This document shows, piece after piece, positions 10,785 through 21,655 of a DNA stretch of 64,000 bases. This DNA comes from a virus. Location of the stretch: IMG/VR virus record IMGVR_UViG_3300032213_001531, positions 40,994 through 104,993 of that record. One strand, 5' to 3'. The position numbers and the translations under genes are program-made. The notes under the pieces are model-generated. The model searched no databases. It saw only the letters and a list, made by a program, of their open reading frames with translations, and had not been told where the DNA came from. Each line of letters starts with the position of its first letter. Within the stretch, counting starts at the first letter, position 1.

Positions 10785-13700
10785 TAAAATCTACTCCCTC
10801 GAATTTTTTGTGAATCTATCTGTTTAATTTGAGCCATAACTGATCTAGCAATTTCATCAGGATTCGCATCTGACTTAACGTTTACGCTAATACTATAATT
10901 ATACACTGCGTCGCCTACTGAATCTCCATTATTGATTGCTTTCATCTTGTCCGCACCATGAGTGTTAACAGCATACTTACTCATTACAAATTCTCCTGGA
11001 GTAAGCATTGCTGGTACTGTATCTGTTCCCATAGCATAACCGCCTGAAGCAAAGAACTGAGGAATTAATCCACCTGAAGATTTAGCAGCAAAACCAGTAC
11101 TAAAGTTAAACGGAGTAGGCTGGCCATCTTTATAATTAATTCCGTCTTTGTTACCAGTAAAAGGCTCCCAGCTATCAGTTTTTCTTCTATAGATAAGCGC
11201 TCCAACTCCTGTGTCTGTATAAACATCACCATTCTTATAATCATTTCCCCATACTGTATAGCTAGTCTGATTTGGTGATCCAATTAGTGGTTCAGAAAAT
11301 GTTAACATTGTTGCTGGATCATTTGCATTAGATGTTGTACTTGATGTTGTTGAAGAAGATGAAGATGTTGTTGAAGAAGATGAAGATGTTGTTGAAGAAG
11401 ATGAAGATGTTGTTGAAGAAGATGTTGTTGAAGAAGGGGAGGCTGTTGAAGTATTTCCAGATGTTGAATTTTTAGAGGCTATGGCTTTAGCTAATAAAGC
11501 ATTTGCTTTTGCTAACCTATCAGAGTTCTTGGCTAAGAGTGCTGCATTTTGTTCTATCAAAGCATTTAAATTTTCTGCAATAGAATTTGATATTGACATG
11601 CCTGATTCAATAAGCTTTAAATTATTTTCTGCTTTAGTAATTGCATCTTGAGCAGTTTGCAATTCTGCAAGCCTTCCCTTATTCATATAATCACCAAAAC
11701 GATCTGACATGTCAGCATAAACTTGTTTTGCGTTATTGACAGCTGCAACTCCTTCATCATAACCTACAGGCTTAGTGTTTGCATTATTATTTAAAGCTGC
11801 ATCTGCTGCTGCAAGAGCTGCGTCTAAAGCTGCTGTTGCCTGAGCGTCTATTGCATCTGCTGCATCTTGTGCTGCTTGTGCCATTGCTACTGCTGCTGCA
11901 GCTGCTGCGATGGCAGCGTTAGCTGCATCTTCCGCAATTTTAAGTGCTGCGTTAGCTGCTGCTGTATCTGCGTCTGCTGCTGCTTGTGCTTCTGCAAGAG
12001 CTTTTTCGGCTGCAGCTTTTTCTGCTGCAGTTACTGCCTCTGCTTTAATCTTGAGTGCTGCTGCAACAAGGGCGTCTGCCTCTGCCTTAGATTTTTCTGC
12101 TGCAGCTTTGGCATCAGCAATAATTTTGTCAGCAGCGGCTTTTGCATCCGCAGTAATTTTATCTGATGCAGCTTTAGCATCTGCTTCTGATTTAGCTACA
12201 TTTGCTGTGCTTCCAGAATTAGTAACAATGGTTTGTGCAGTAGTCATTATCTTGGAGTCTTTTGCAGGTGTTGCTGCATAGGCACCAATTTTTGTCATAA
12301 TTGATTCCCATTGTGCATTGATTGCTGTTGATGCTGCTAATAATGCAGCAAAGGCAGTATCTAAATCTTTTTTAGATAGATCATATGCTTTTACCTTAGC
12401 TTCAATTGCAGCCCAAGCATCTTTATTTTTTCCAAGGACAGTAGTTTCTTCAACTAATTTATCAAGTCTTGCTTGAATAGTTTCATTCTCGGTGTTTAAG
12501 GCAGCAATCATTCTTTCTCTATCTACAACACTATCTTTAGTAATTTTAGCAATTTCATTTTCATAAGTCCGAATCTGCTTTAAGTTATTTTCTCTTAGCT
12601 GTTCTAACTCATATATAGTTTTAGTTTTAGATTTAATACTATCTTGAATTGCTATTTTTCTAGGATCTGTTTCTAAAGCGTAAATGTCTTGAGAAATTTG
12701 ATACTGCTTTTCTTTAATTTGATCTTGAGTAAGGCCCTGAGTTGCTACAAGCCTATCTAGTTCATTTTTTCTGGCTAGTTCAAAAGATTTTTGTGCTGCA
12801 TTAGAGTATAAATCTGCGCTTGCTTTTCGCATATCCTGCATTGCTTTTCCTGCTGCAGAAATATCTCCGCTAGTTAAAGCATCTGCTAAGCTAATCTGTT
12901 TTTCTTGTTGTGATAAAATTGCATCATTAATCTCTTTAACTGTTGTTAGGGATTCTGCTTGCTGATCGTAACGTTTATTAATTTCTTCTGCAGCATGATT
13001 AATAAGATCTAAATCATGAGATAAGGCACTAGATTGATCTTGCAATGCTTGAATAGGCTCATTAAACTGAACATCAATTTGATGCTGTAGATCATTAATC
13101 TCTTTCTGATAATCATCAATCTTTTGACTAATATTAAGAGAAACTGCTGCTTGAATATCATTAATCTTATACTGAAGTTGCTCTATCTGTGCTTCATATG
13201 GGCGGAGTTGGCTTTGTAATTCTTTAATCTTTGTCTCATTAGCAGAAAGTTGTGCTACATCTTTAGTGCTTCTAGAATCTACACCAGTCTTAATTAGATC
13301 TTCCTGTACCGCAAACATTTGGTTAACCATATCAAGACCAGAAGAAGCAACTTGAGCATAGTCTCCCTTGTTAAAGTTGATTTGAATATCAATTAGTTTC
13401 TTAGCTTCGATGTCTTTCAAGAACTCAGAAATTGCTCCTGTTGAACCTTCAATAGCTGCTATGTCAATTTTGCCATCTTTAATGTTTTGGGTGAACTGTT
13501 TTAGCATTGCAGGGTTTCCAAGTACTGCGTCAATTTGCTCTACAGAATACCCCATAGACTTCATTGCACCTACTACTTCTGGAGTTTTTGCAAATACATC
13601 AAACTCTGCATTCTTTGTAAGGGTGTCAGTTATAACCTGCATCTTTTCCATTGCACTATTGGCTTCAGCAATATCTTTAATAAACTTCTTCATTTCATCT

Positions 13701-16700
13701 GAACCTGCAGCACCAAGGGTTCCAGCAGCAATAGCTGAAGCAAGAGATTGATCTTCAATTACTTTAAGTGCATCGGTAACAGACATTCCTGCACCTCTTA
13801 AAATCTCAAATGCTTCTCTTTGTTTTTTAATGTTGTCTATACTTTGGGCTGCACCAAATTGAGCCATACCAACAACTACTGAATTAAAGGCTTCGGACAA
13901 CCCTAGTAAGTCTTCAGTTATTCCAATGACGTTTCCTTTATCGTCTAGCTTGAATGGTTTTTGTTTATCCTTTTTACTTGGGTTTACATCTGAGTTTTTA
14001 AAAGCTTCAAACTCTTCTGCTGACATTCCAGATATTGCATCCATGAGTCCTGAAGATACTCCACCCTCTAGCATTATTTGCTGTAGGCCCTTAAACTTTG
14101 CAAACATTCTGCTAAGACCGCCTTCAGCACCTTTACTATTTTCAAAAATAGCCATGATAGATTTTAATGGGGTAAGAGCATTAAAAGCTGAATCTCTAAA
14201 TAGTTTTAGCTTCATTCCTAAATCCTCTAGAAAAGAATATGCTCCCTTTAATGTATCTGCAGCTTCTTGTGCAGCTAGCTTTTTTAGATCAGCAGTCTTT
14301 GGACCATAGATAGAATCCAGTCTTTCTTTTAGTAACTTATCCAAAGTGCTTTTAGCAATACCTGGGTTTGCTTTACTTAACTGATCTATTTGTGCTTGTA
14401 TGAGAGCTGCTGAGTTTGCTAATGGAAGAGGAATATCTTTCCAAAGTCCTTTTTTCTTAAACGCATTAATTAATTCTGCATTCAACTCTTGTTGGATGTT
14501 ATCTGATATCAACAACTGATTTAAAGTAACTGATGCTTCTAGCTGTAGTGTTGGATCATAACTACTTAATAGATCCCAATTTTTTACTGCAGCATCAAGT
14601 GCTTCATTTGGGCTTTTCCCTTTTAACTTTAATTCAGCTTGATACGCAATTAGCGCTGGTTTAGTAAGCTTTCCTCCTGGGAAATGTTTTCTAAGGGCAT
14701 CAATTTCTTTTCCAAGTTTTTTGAGTACGGGAATGTCATCTGGATCTGATTCTATATTTAAATCTATTCTAAACTCTGGAGGGAATTGAATAAAGTCTTC
14801 TAACATTGAGTAGAATTCTCTAGCTTGTTGAGGGCCTTCTTTGCCATTAAAAGTACCAGCAACATTGACTACAGTATTAATGTTTTCTTGATCTGATAAA
14901 TTTTGAAGAATCCAGCCAAGAGAATCCATCTCTTTAGCTCCTTGGCCTCCTAACATTAATTTCCAAGTTGTTTCAACATTTTTTCCAGTTGCTATAAAGT
15001 TCTCAATTAAAGCTTTTGCAGATCCAGCAGAAATGTCACCAGCTACGACTGATGCTTGAACCATAACTCCAATTTTTGTTACATCTTGAGTTGTTTTTGC
15101 TTTTAATCCTTGAATAATCCTTACTTGATTCTGCATTTCAGCAATATATTCTGCTTGCGCTGCAGTAAATTCACCACTATTACTATCGTAGGAATCTCTT
15201 CTTGCTTGAATTTCTGCTACTCTTTTTTCTGACTCTGCTAGTTGTTTCTTTAATTCTTTTCTTTCTTCTGAAGAAATTCCAGCTTCTTTTGGAATCAGTT
15301 TTGAATCTGGATTTAGCAATGCACTAAGTTCTGTTGCTGCAAGCTTTTCTGGACCTACGGCATCTTTATATTTATCATCAAAGGCTGTCTTGTATGCTTC
15401 TGCATATTTAACCTTTGCATCTTTGCCACTAATGTTGTCCAAGAATCCAGTAGCTCGATCTACAACGTCTACCCCTTGATTTCTTAACTCTTGTTGATCT
15501 TGAAGGTTTTGATCATTAAGATCTTTAATCTTCTTTTCAATTTCAAGTCTTTTTTCTGCAGTCTTAACGGCCTCTTTTTCTTTAGTAAGTTTTTCAATTT
15601 GAGCATCAGTTTGCATTTGTAGTAGATCCATAGATTGTTGAACTTGTGCTAGTGACTGAATTGAATTACCTGCTACTGCTCCAGCAACTGCTCCTACAGC
15701 TTTCTTCTCTCTACCTTGTTGATACTTTCTAAGAGCTAGATCTGCAGCAAGTGTTGTTGCTAATATAATTGCTCCAGGAAGTACTCCTGCGCCAGTTGCA
15801 GAAGCACCTGTTCCTAATGCTGCTGCTCCTCTTATAACTCCTGCGCCAAATCTTGCCTTTCCTAAAGTTCCTGCTATTTGTGACTCTTTTGCAAAAGTTG
15901 CTGCAGCAGGTAGCGATCTAGCCCCAGCTATAACCCCTGTTTTATCAAGTTGACTAGCAATACGGGCGCCAAGAAGAGCGCCACCGACTGTGCTTCCTGC
16001 AAGCTCAAACCCCTCACGTTTATTGATTCCAGTCCTTAGTCCAACAGCCCCTGCTCCAGGCACATTCTGCATGAGGTTAGCAAACCATCCGCCCATTTCT
16101 TTTTCAACAACATCACTAAAAATATTCTGCATTTGAGTAGTAAGTTGTTTTTGATTTTTTAATATCTTTAATTGAACCCCAATAGGGTTATCTTTTAGAT
16201 TTTTTCCATCGGGGCCGATGATTTCTCTTAAAATTCCTCTAGCTTCAATCTCTAAAGATTGATCTCCCATATCTCTTGCAAGATTTACAATGATTGATTC
16301 TGCCTGATCTGCAGACAATACTCCTTGGCTTACTGCTGAAGCAAGTTTTGTTCCTAGTTGTTTAGCTGCACCTCTACCGTTTGATTTTGCGTAAGTGTTA
16401 AACTCAGCAATAAATTGTTTTCCAAATTCGCTACCTGAAAAATCTTTACCAAATGTTTGATCAATTGGAGTTATCTCAAGTCTATTTGCTTCTCTCTTCT
16501 TGTCCATAATTTGTGTTGCAGACATTGTTCCAAGGATAGATCCAAAACCTTCCAAAGACTCAATGGTATTTCCAATAGATTGTCCTTGTTTAACTCCATC
16601 AGCAATAGATTTTCTAATTGCCATGCTCTGCATTTTAAATGAAACGCCTAATGCTACTACTGTGGCAATCAATTTCTTTAGCGGTGAATTAAGAAGTGGC

Positions 16701-19700
16701 AATATCATTGGAAGCATAGATGCTCCCATAATTGCTGTCATGTGATTAGAAGCAAATTTTCCTGCTGTTGAATCAGGTGATCCTTGTGCAATTCCTTGAG
16801 CAAGCATAGGAATCATCATGGCTGCCATTCCTACACCCATCATTGTTTGAGATGATTTCATTCTTTGATCTTGTCTTGCATTAATTCTTTGTTCTTTATT
16901 TAATGCATTACCATCTTGATCGTGGGTTGCAACTTTTCCATACCCTGTCCAATAACCACCATGTGGCTTAGGACCGCTAGGTCCACCAGGACCAGCAGGG
17001 CCACCCATAGATGACAGGCGAGCATCAATCTTTCTAACTCTATCCATTGCTTTTGCGCTTGCTGATTGAACCCTAGCATTATTTGCAACTGCCTTAGTTC
17101 CAGTTACTACCGCCGTTCCAAACTTGCTAACTTGAGCTGTAGCTTTTCCAAGTACATCTGCTCCCTTTGAAGGTGGTGGTGTATTTGCTACTGGAGTTGC
17201 TCCCCAACCATCACCCTTATCAACCATGGTGTATCCAGGAAGAGGTCTTGGAACTCCACCCTTACCGCCTCTACCACTACCATGTTCAGGAATTGTTCCA
17301 TTAATCATTCCTGAAACTAATGAAGAATATTTGGCTGCAGCCTTGGCTGGAATGACTGCTTCTCCAGGAGATAGCATTGCTGGTTGAATATCTCCCGCAC
17401 CCTTTGGCCCTGGAACTGAAAAAATTCCTTTTGCTAATGCAAGAGTATCCGCTGGCATATAGTCTGAGTCTTTAAATTTCTGATTCTTGTAATATCCATC
17501 ATGAATTCTTTTCCTTAATAAATGTTCAGTAATTATATCTGTAGTTGTCCAAGTGTCTGCTTTATTTTTTGCACCCCAACCTTTATATTGATGTCTTTTA
17601 CTTTCTAATTTACTAAGTGCTATCAATGCTTCTTTTTCAGTTGTTACGTGAATTGCGCCCATCCTTTTTGAAAGTGCATTCATTCCAGAGTTTATAACTG
17701 TCTGATCTCTCACAACATTGTCTGCTGGCCAAAACTCTAAATCTCTATTTTTACCAGTAGCTTTTATATGGCTTGCTGCGATTCCACCTTCGCCAGATCT
17801 GACTCTCTCTATTGCAGTTTGAAAGTCTGGTGCTTTTAATACAGCAAGTGCATCTGCTTCTGAAATTTTTCCAGTATTAACAAGATTCTTCTTTACAGAA
17901 GCAAGCTCTTCTGCATAATAATTTAATAGCTTTTGTGCTGGTTTATTTTTACTAGGGTCAGCAAGAACTTTTTGCCATCTACTATTTACCTCTGGTGGAG
18001 TGGCTCTAGTTCTTGATCCTGACCAAGGATTTACATTTGCAAACAAACCTTTACCAGAAGCTGTTCCTATGTCTAATGGTTTACCGCTTTCTTTATACTT
18101 TAAAATTCTTGCTTCTAAAGCTTTTACTTTTTGTGCATAAATTGTTTTATCTGGATATGCTGCTTCAAACTCTTTCCATCTTCCTTCAAACTTAGCAGCC
18201 TCTGATGCTTTTACGGTCATAGATTGACCACCTATTTGAATTTGTGACATTCCAGACCCAAGGCTACTAATCTTAAATGAGGTGCCAGGAGGTAATGGGG
18301 TGAGTGGTAATCTTGTTCTAGATTCTAGACTAGCAACTGTTGCTGCTTCTTTTGCCCCTGAAACTTTTACTGCTGAAGCTGCGCCGTACATGCCCAGTCT
18401 TCCAGCCATGTATCCTGGAACTACTCCACCCTTAGCGAAACCATTTCCTTGTGCCCATTTAGAAAAACCTTCCATAAAGTCTTTATCAGATAAGGATGAG
18501 GCGTGTCCCTTTTGTCTTGCTCTTAATGTAATTTCATCTTCTATTTTTTTTATTGCTGCAGGAGTTAATGCTTTCTTTGGATTAGCAATTACTGATGAAT
18601 GAATCCCGTGAAGTTCTCTCCAGTTCGCACCCCTAGAATCCTCTAAGCGTCTAACCATGTCTTGATAAATACCCTGCTCTTCTTTATTTAACTTAAATCC
18701 TGCTATTGTTGCTTTAAGTCTTGGAAGAGTTTCATCGATCTCTCGTATCATTCTTGTATGGTATTCTTCTGCAGTCATTCCCTTTGGAATATTAGATGTT
18801 GCTTCAGCAAAGAATCTTTTTGCATTTGATCCCTTTACGCCAAGTAAATTTATACGAACCTGATCTTCAACGGATGGCATGCCTTTTGAATATGTTCTAA
18901 AACCAGATGCTGTATCAAAGACTCCAGCATTTCCAGCATCAACCATATTTCTACCAGACACATTTGCCATTTGGAGATCTTTGTCTCCTCTTACTCCAGA
19001 AGCTAAAAGTTGTGCAAAGTATTCATCTTCACTAAACTTGCCCGTTGGTTTTGCAAACTCAGGGTTGTAAGGGGCTTCAGATACAATAATTTTTCTTTTC
19101 TTTTGTGGATCCGTTGGATCAATCATTGTACGAATTGTGTGCTCTGGTGCTTTTAGTGGAAAGGCTTTGTTTGTAATAGTAGCCATTCTTTCCTCTGCTA
19201 AAGCAGCAGTCTCATCAACATATGGCTTAACAAATACCTTAGTTCCATCTGGCTTTTGATACAATCCGCCAATTCCTTTAACAGGAAATGAGTGCCCTGT
19301 GGTTGCTTCAAGTTGAACGCCAAAATCTGTTGGATCCATGTTAGCAAATCGACTTGCTTCAGTTCCTTTTCCAATTGACTCCATTGATAGTCTTGCTTTA
19401 CGTTGTATATTAACTGCTTTAATGCTTTTTGGCATACCCAAAAATAGTGGCATTCTTCCAAGTATATGACCTGGCAAAGTTCCGTCAATCATCTGTCCAA
19501 TAAATGGTGCATACTTCTTAGCCATGTCAGCAGGAATAACGGCTTCTCCAGGGGTTAGAAGGGCTGGGGTAGTATCTTTATTACCTGTTCCAGGAACACT
19601 TGTCACACCCTTGGCAAAACGTCTTGGAGGGGTAACTCTGCCCCTGCTTGGCATAAACATTCCAGGGTTTGTACTAGCAAAACTAGACATTGCAACTTTT

Positions 19701-21625
19701 GCTTCTCTGTAAGCATTAGTTAAGGCAACAAGGCTTGCTGACTCAAGGACATATGCGGAAGACAAAGATTTATGGGCTGTTGCAAGACTATTTGATACAG
19801 CAATATTTTCTAGCTCTTCATTGCTGAGGTACTGTGTTCCAAGGGCTGCATCTTTTGATCCATAAGCTAAACCTTGAAAACCTTTACGAATAAGATTAAA
19901 CATCTTCATTAAGTTAGCTAAACCGTTAGCAACAAGACCAACGGTCATAAGTAGAATTGGACCAATACCAGCAACTGCTGCTACAATAATTGCTACTGCT
20001 TTTTTAATTCCTTCAGGAGCATTGTTAAATTTATCAAACAGCTTAACAAAGAAATTAATAACTGGAGTCAATACCTTTGCAAACAATTCACCAATTGGAG
20101 CAATAGATGCTTTAAGTTTTTCAATTGCTGCTTGCATTTTATACATAGGAGATGATTCCTGTGTTTTTAATTCTCTCTCAGATAACAGCGCCAACTCTTC
20201 TGCAGATGCAGATGCCAATTTTAAAACTCTGCTTGCTTGGTTTCCTTCTTTTGTTACGTTATTTAAAAGTGCTGAGATTCTTGAAAACTGATACTTGCCA
20301 AAAACTTTTTCAATTGTTTGTGCTCTTTGTAGGTCTGTTAGTGGTTGTAATGCTTGAGCAAAAGAAACAACAGTATTTTTTAAGTTACCCTGATTGCTTT
20401 CAATAATTCCCTTAAGGTTAATGCCTAGCTTTGAAGTTGCTTCAGTTGCTGCTTTTGATGGATTAATTAAAGATGCAAGACCAGACTTAAGTGCGTTAGC
20501 TCCTTGCTCTGCACTAATACCACCTTCTTTCATTGCTGTAAGGAAGAATGCTAAATCTTTTACATCTCCGCCAAGCTGTTTAATAACTGGAGCAACTCTT
20601 GGAATGGCATTAGATAAATCTTCAAGGCTTAAAACAGTTTGGTTTTCAACAGAGTTAAGAAAGTCCATTGTTTTAGATAGTTCGCCACTACCAATAGCAA
20701 AAGCATTTTGTAATGCAATTGTTGTTTCTAAAGCTTTGTCTTGTGCAACTCCACCAAGGACTGCTAATTTGTTTGCTTGTCTTACTACCGTATCAAGTTG
20801 CTGCCCTGAGTTACCTGCTGCTGCTGCATCTGCAGCCATCTTGATTGTTTCAGAAACTTTAAGTCCATACTTTGTATACTCTTTAGCAATATCTTTCATG
20901 TTTTTAAGGGCTTTGTCAGTATCATCTTGTGTTGTAAAGATGTCTCCATAAACCTTTTTAAATCTAATTGCTTGAGTTTCAATTTCTTTAAATGCTTTTA
21001 TTGCTGATCCTGCGAACATAGCTAAAGGAATTGTAAAACCAACCATAAGCTGGCGACCAGCCCACTGTGTATTCTTACCAAAGTTTAGAAGTTTTGTAGC
21101 ACCATCGTCAAGCAGCTTATTCATTATCTGTTGACGTTGAATAGTCATTGACATTCTTGTTAATGCGTCGTTATAATTAAGTGCTTTTGGTGTAATTCGC
21201 ATTGAGCGGATTGCACCCTGTGCGTCTTTACCTAGTTGGACATACTGGCTTTGAAGAGCCTTAACTCTTTTTTCAGCAAGGTTGCTAATTGTTTGAAATT
21301 CTCTAGCGTAATTCTTTCCAAATGTTTTAGTGGAAGCCATGCCATATCGATAGTATTCACGAAGTGATAGCTTGCCAGCTTCCAGACGTTTTGAAAACTG
21401 ATCTGTAGAAGTTGCCATCTTGCCCATTGAGGCATTAAACATGCCTGTGGCATTAATGTTATGTAAAAGTGATTTTGAAAAATCGGCTTGAGCTAGTGAT
21501 GCAGCTTTTGTGCCGACGATCATGGAACGGTTAAGTGCAGATATCTGCTTGTCTAGCCCACGTAGTGCGGACATAGCTTGTGTTGTATCAATATTAATTA
21601 AAATATTGCTGTTTACATCTGTCAT
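10784..21625 (-). CDS. tail tape measure protein with inserted cargo domains
   Basis: 3613 aa; TP901-type tape-measure region near N-terminus, hydrophobic segments, long coiled coils; follows tail chaperones. Confidence 0.92.
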   Translation of the reverse strand: MTDVNSNILINIDTTQAMSALRGLDKQISALNRSMIVGTKAASLAQADFSKSLLHNINATGMFNASMGKMATSTDQFSKRLEAGKLSLREYYRYGMASTKTFGKNYAREFQTISNLAEKRVKALQSQYVQLGKDAQGAIRSMRITPKALNYNDALTRMSMTIQRQQIMNKLLDDGATKLLNFGKNTQWAGRQLMVGFTIPLAMFAGSAIKAFKEIETQAIRFKKVYGDIFTTQDDTDKALKNMKDIAKEYTKYGLKVSETIKMAADAAAAGNSGQQLDTVVRQANKLAVLGGVAQDKALETTIALQNAFAIGSGELSKTMDFLNSVENQTVLSLEDLSNAIPRVAPVIKQLGGDVKDLAFFLTAMKEGGISAEQGANALKSGLASLINPSKAATEATSKLGINLKGIIESNQGNLKNTVVSFAQALQPLTDLQRAQTIEKVFGKYQFSRISALLNNVTKEGNQASRVLKLASASAEELALLSERELKTQESSPMYKMQAAIEKLKASIAPIGELFAKVLTPVINFFVKLFDKFNNAPEGIKKAVAIIVAAVAGIGPILLMTVGLVANGLANLMKMFNLIRKGFQGLAYGSKDAALGTQYLSNEELENIAVSNSLATAHKSLSSAYVLESASLVALTNAYREAKVAMSSFASTNPGMFMPSRGRVTPPRRFAKGVTSVPGTGNKDTTPALLTPGEAVIPADMAKKYAPFIGQMIDGTLPGHILGRMPLFLGMPKSIKAVNIQRKARLSMESIGKGTEASRFANMDPTDFGVQLEATTGHSFPVKGIGGLYQKPDGTKVFVKPYVDETAALAEERMATITNKAFPLKAPEHTIRTMIDPTDPQKKRKIIVSEAPYNPEFAKPTGKFSEDEYFAQLLASGVRGDKDLQMANVSGRNMVDAGNAGVFDTASGFRTYSKGMPSVEDQVRINLLGVKGSNAKRFFAEATSNIPKGMTAEEYHTRMIREIDETLPRLKATIAGFKLNKEEQGIYQDMVRRLEDSRGANWRELHGIHSSVIANPKKALTPAAIKKIEDEITLRARQKGHASSLSDKDFMEGFSKWAQGNGFAKGGVVPGYMAGRLGMYGAASAVKVSGAKEAATVASLESRTRLPLTPLPPGTSFKISSLGSGMSQIQIGGQSMTVKASEAAKFEGRWKEFEAAYPDKTIYAQKVKALEARILKYKESGKPLDIGTASGKGLFANVNPWSGSRTRATPPEVNSRWQKVLADPSKNKPAQKLLNYYAEELASVKKNLVNTGKISEADALAVLKAPDFQTAIERVRSGEGGIAASHIKATGKNRDLEFWPADNVVRDQTVINSGMNALSKRMGAIHVTTEKEALIALSKLESKRHQYKGWGAKNKADTWTTTDIITEHLLRKRIHDGYYKNQKFKDSDYMPADTLALAKGIFSVPGPKGAGDIQPAMLSPGEAVIPAKAAAKYSSLVSGMINGTIPEHGSGRGGKGGVPRPLPGYTMVDKGDGWGATPVANTPPPSKGADVLGKATAQVSKFGTAVVTGTKAVANNARVQSASAKAMDRVRKIDARLSSMGGPAGPGGPSGPKPHGGYWTGYGKVATHDQDGNALNKEQRINARQDQRMKSSQTMMGVGMAAMMIPMLAQGIAQGSPDSTAGKFASNHMTAIMGASMLPMILPLLNSPLKKLIATVVALGVSFKMQSMAIRKSIADGVKQGQSIGNTIESLEGFGSILGTMSATQIMDKKREANRLEITPIDQTFGKDFSGSEFGKQFIAEFNTYAKSNGRGAAKQLGTKLASAVSQGVLSADQAESIIVNLARDMGDQSLEIEARGILREIIGPDGKNLKDNPIGVQLKILKNQKQLTTQMQNIFSDVVEKEMGGWFANLMQNVPGAGAVGLRTGINKREGFELAGSTVGGALLGARIASQLDKTGVIAGARSLPAAATFAKESQIAGTLGKARFGAGVIRGAAALGTGASATGAGVLPGAIILATTLAADLALRKYQQGREKKAVGAVAGAVAGNSIQSLAQVQQSMDLLQMQTDAQIEKLTKEKEAVKTAEKRLEIEKKIKDLNDQNLQDQQELRNQGVDVVDRATGFLDNISGKDAKVKYAEAYKTAFDDKYKDAVGPEKLAATELSALLNPDSKLIPKEAGISSEERKELKKQLAESEKRVAEIQARRDSYDSNSGEFTAAQAEYIAEMQNQVRIIQGLKAKTTQDVTKIGVMVQASVVAGDISAGSAKALIENFIATGKNVETTWKLMLGGQGAKEMDSLGWILQNLSDQENINTVVNVAGTFNGKEGPQQAREFYSMLEDFIQFPPEFRIDLNIESDPDDIPVLKKLGKEIDALRKHFPGGKLTKPALIAYQAELKLKGKSPNEALDAAVKNWDLLSSYDPTLQLEASVTLNQLLISDNIQQELNAELINAFKKKGLWKDIPLPLANSAALIQAQIDQLSKANPGIAKSTLDKLLKERLDSIYGPKTADLKKLAAQEAADTLKGAYSFLEDLGMKLKLFRDSAFNALTPLKSIMAIFENSKGAEGGLSRMFAKFKGLQQIMLEGGVSSGLMDAISGMSAEEFEAFKNSDVNPSKKDKQKPFKLDDKGNVIGITEDLLGLSEAFNSVVVGMAQFGAAQSIDNIKKQREAFEILRGAGMSVTDALKVIEDQSLASAIAAGTLGAAGSDEMKKFIKDIAEANSAMEKMQVITDTLTKNAEFDVFAKTPEVVGAMKSMGYSVEQIDAVLGNPAMLKQFTQNIKDGKIDIAAIEGSTGAISEFLKDIEAKKLIDIQINFNKGDYAQVASSGLDMVNQMFAVQEDLIKTGVDSRSTKDVAQLSANETKIKELQSQLRPYEAQIEQLQYKINDIQAAVSLNISQKIDDYQKEINDLQHQIDVQFNEPIQALQDQSSALSHDLDLINHAAEEINKRYDQQAESLTTVKEINDAILSQQEKQISLADALTSGDISAAGKAMQDMRKASADLYSNAAQKSFELARKNELDRLVATQGLTQDQIKEKQYQISQDIYALETDPRKIAIQDSIKSKTKTIYELEQLRENNLKQIRTYENEIAKITKDSVVDRERMIAALNTENETIQARLDKLVEETTVLGKNKDAWAAIEAKVKAYDLSKKDLDTAFAALLAASTAINAQWESIMTKIGAYAATPAKDSKIMTTAQTIVTNSGSTANVAKSEADAKAASDKITADAKAAADKIIADAKAAAEKSKAEADALVAAALKIKAEAVTAAEKAAAEKALAEAQAAADADTAAANAALKIAEDAANAAIAAAAAAVAMAQAAQDAADAIDAQATAALDAALAAADAALNNNANTKPVGYDEGVAAVNNAKQVYADMSDRFGDYMNKGRLAELQTAQDAITKAENNLKLIESGMSISNSIAENLNALIEQNAALLAKNSDRLAKANALLAKAIASKNSTSGNTSTASPSSTTSSSTTSSSSSTTSSSSSTTSSSSSTTSSTTSNANDPATMLTFSEPLIGSPNQTSYTVWGNDYKNGDVYTDTGVGALIYRRKTDSWEPFTGNKDGINYKDGQPTPFNFSTGFAAKSSGGLIPQFFASGGYAMGTDTVPAMLTPGEFVMSKYAVNTHGADKMKAINNGDSVGDAVYNYSISVNVKSDANPDEIARSVMAQIKQIDSQKIRGSRF
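11343..11436. repeat. 21-bp tandem repeat (GATGTTGTTGAAGAAGATGAA) x3 plus partial copies, encoding a Ser/Thr linker in the tape measure
   Basis: Seen directly. Confidence 0.9.
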
Positions 21626-21655
21626 TTAACCGCCATGACCCCCTATTTTATTTTT

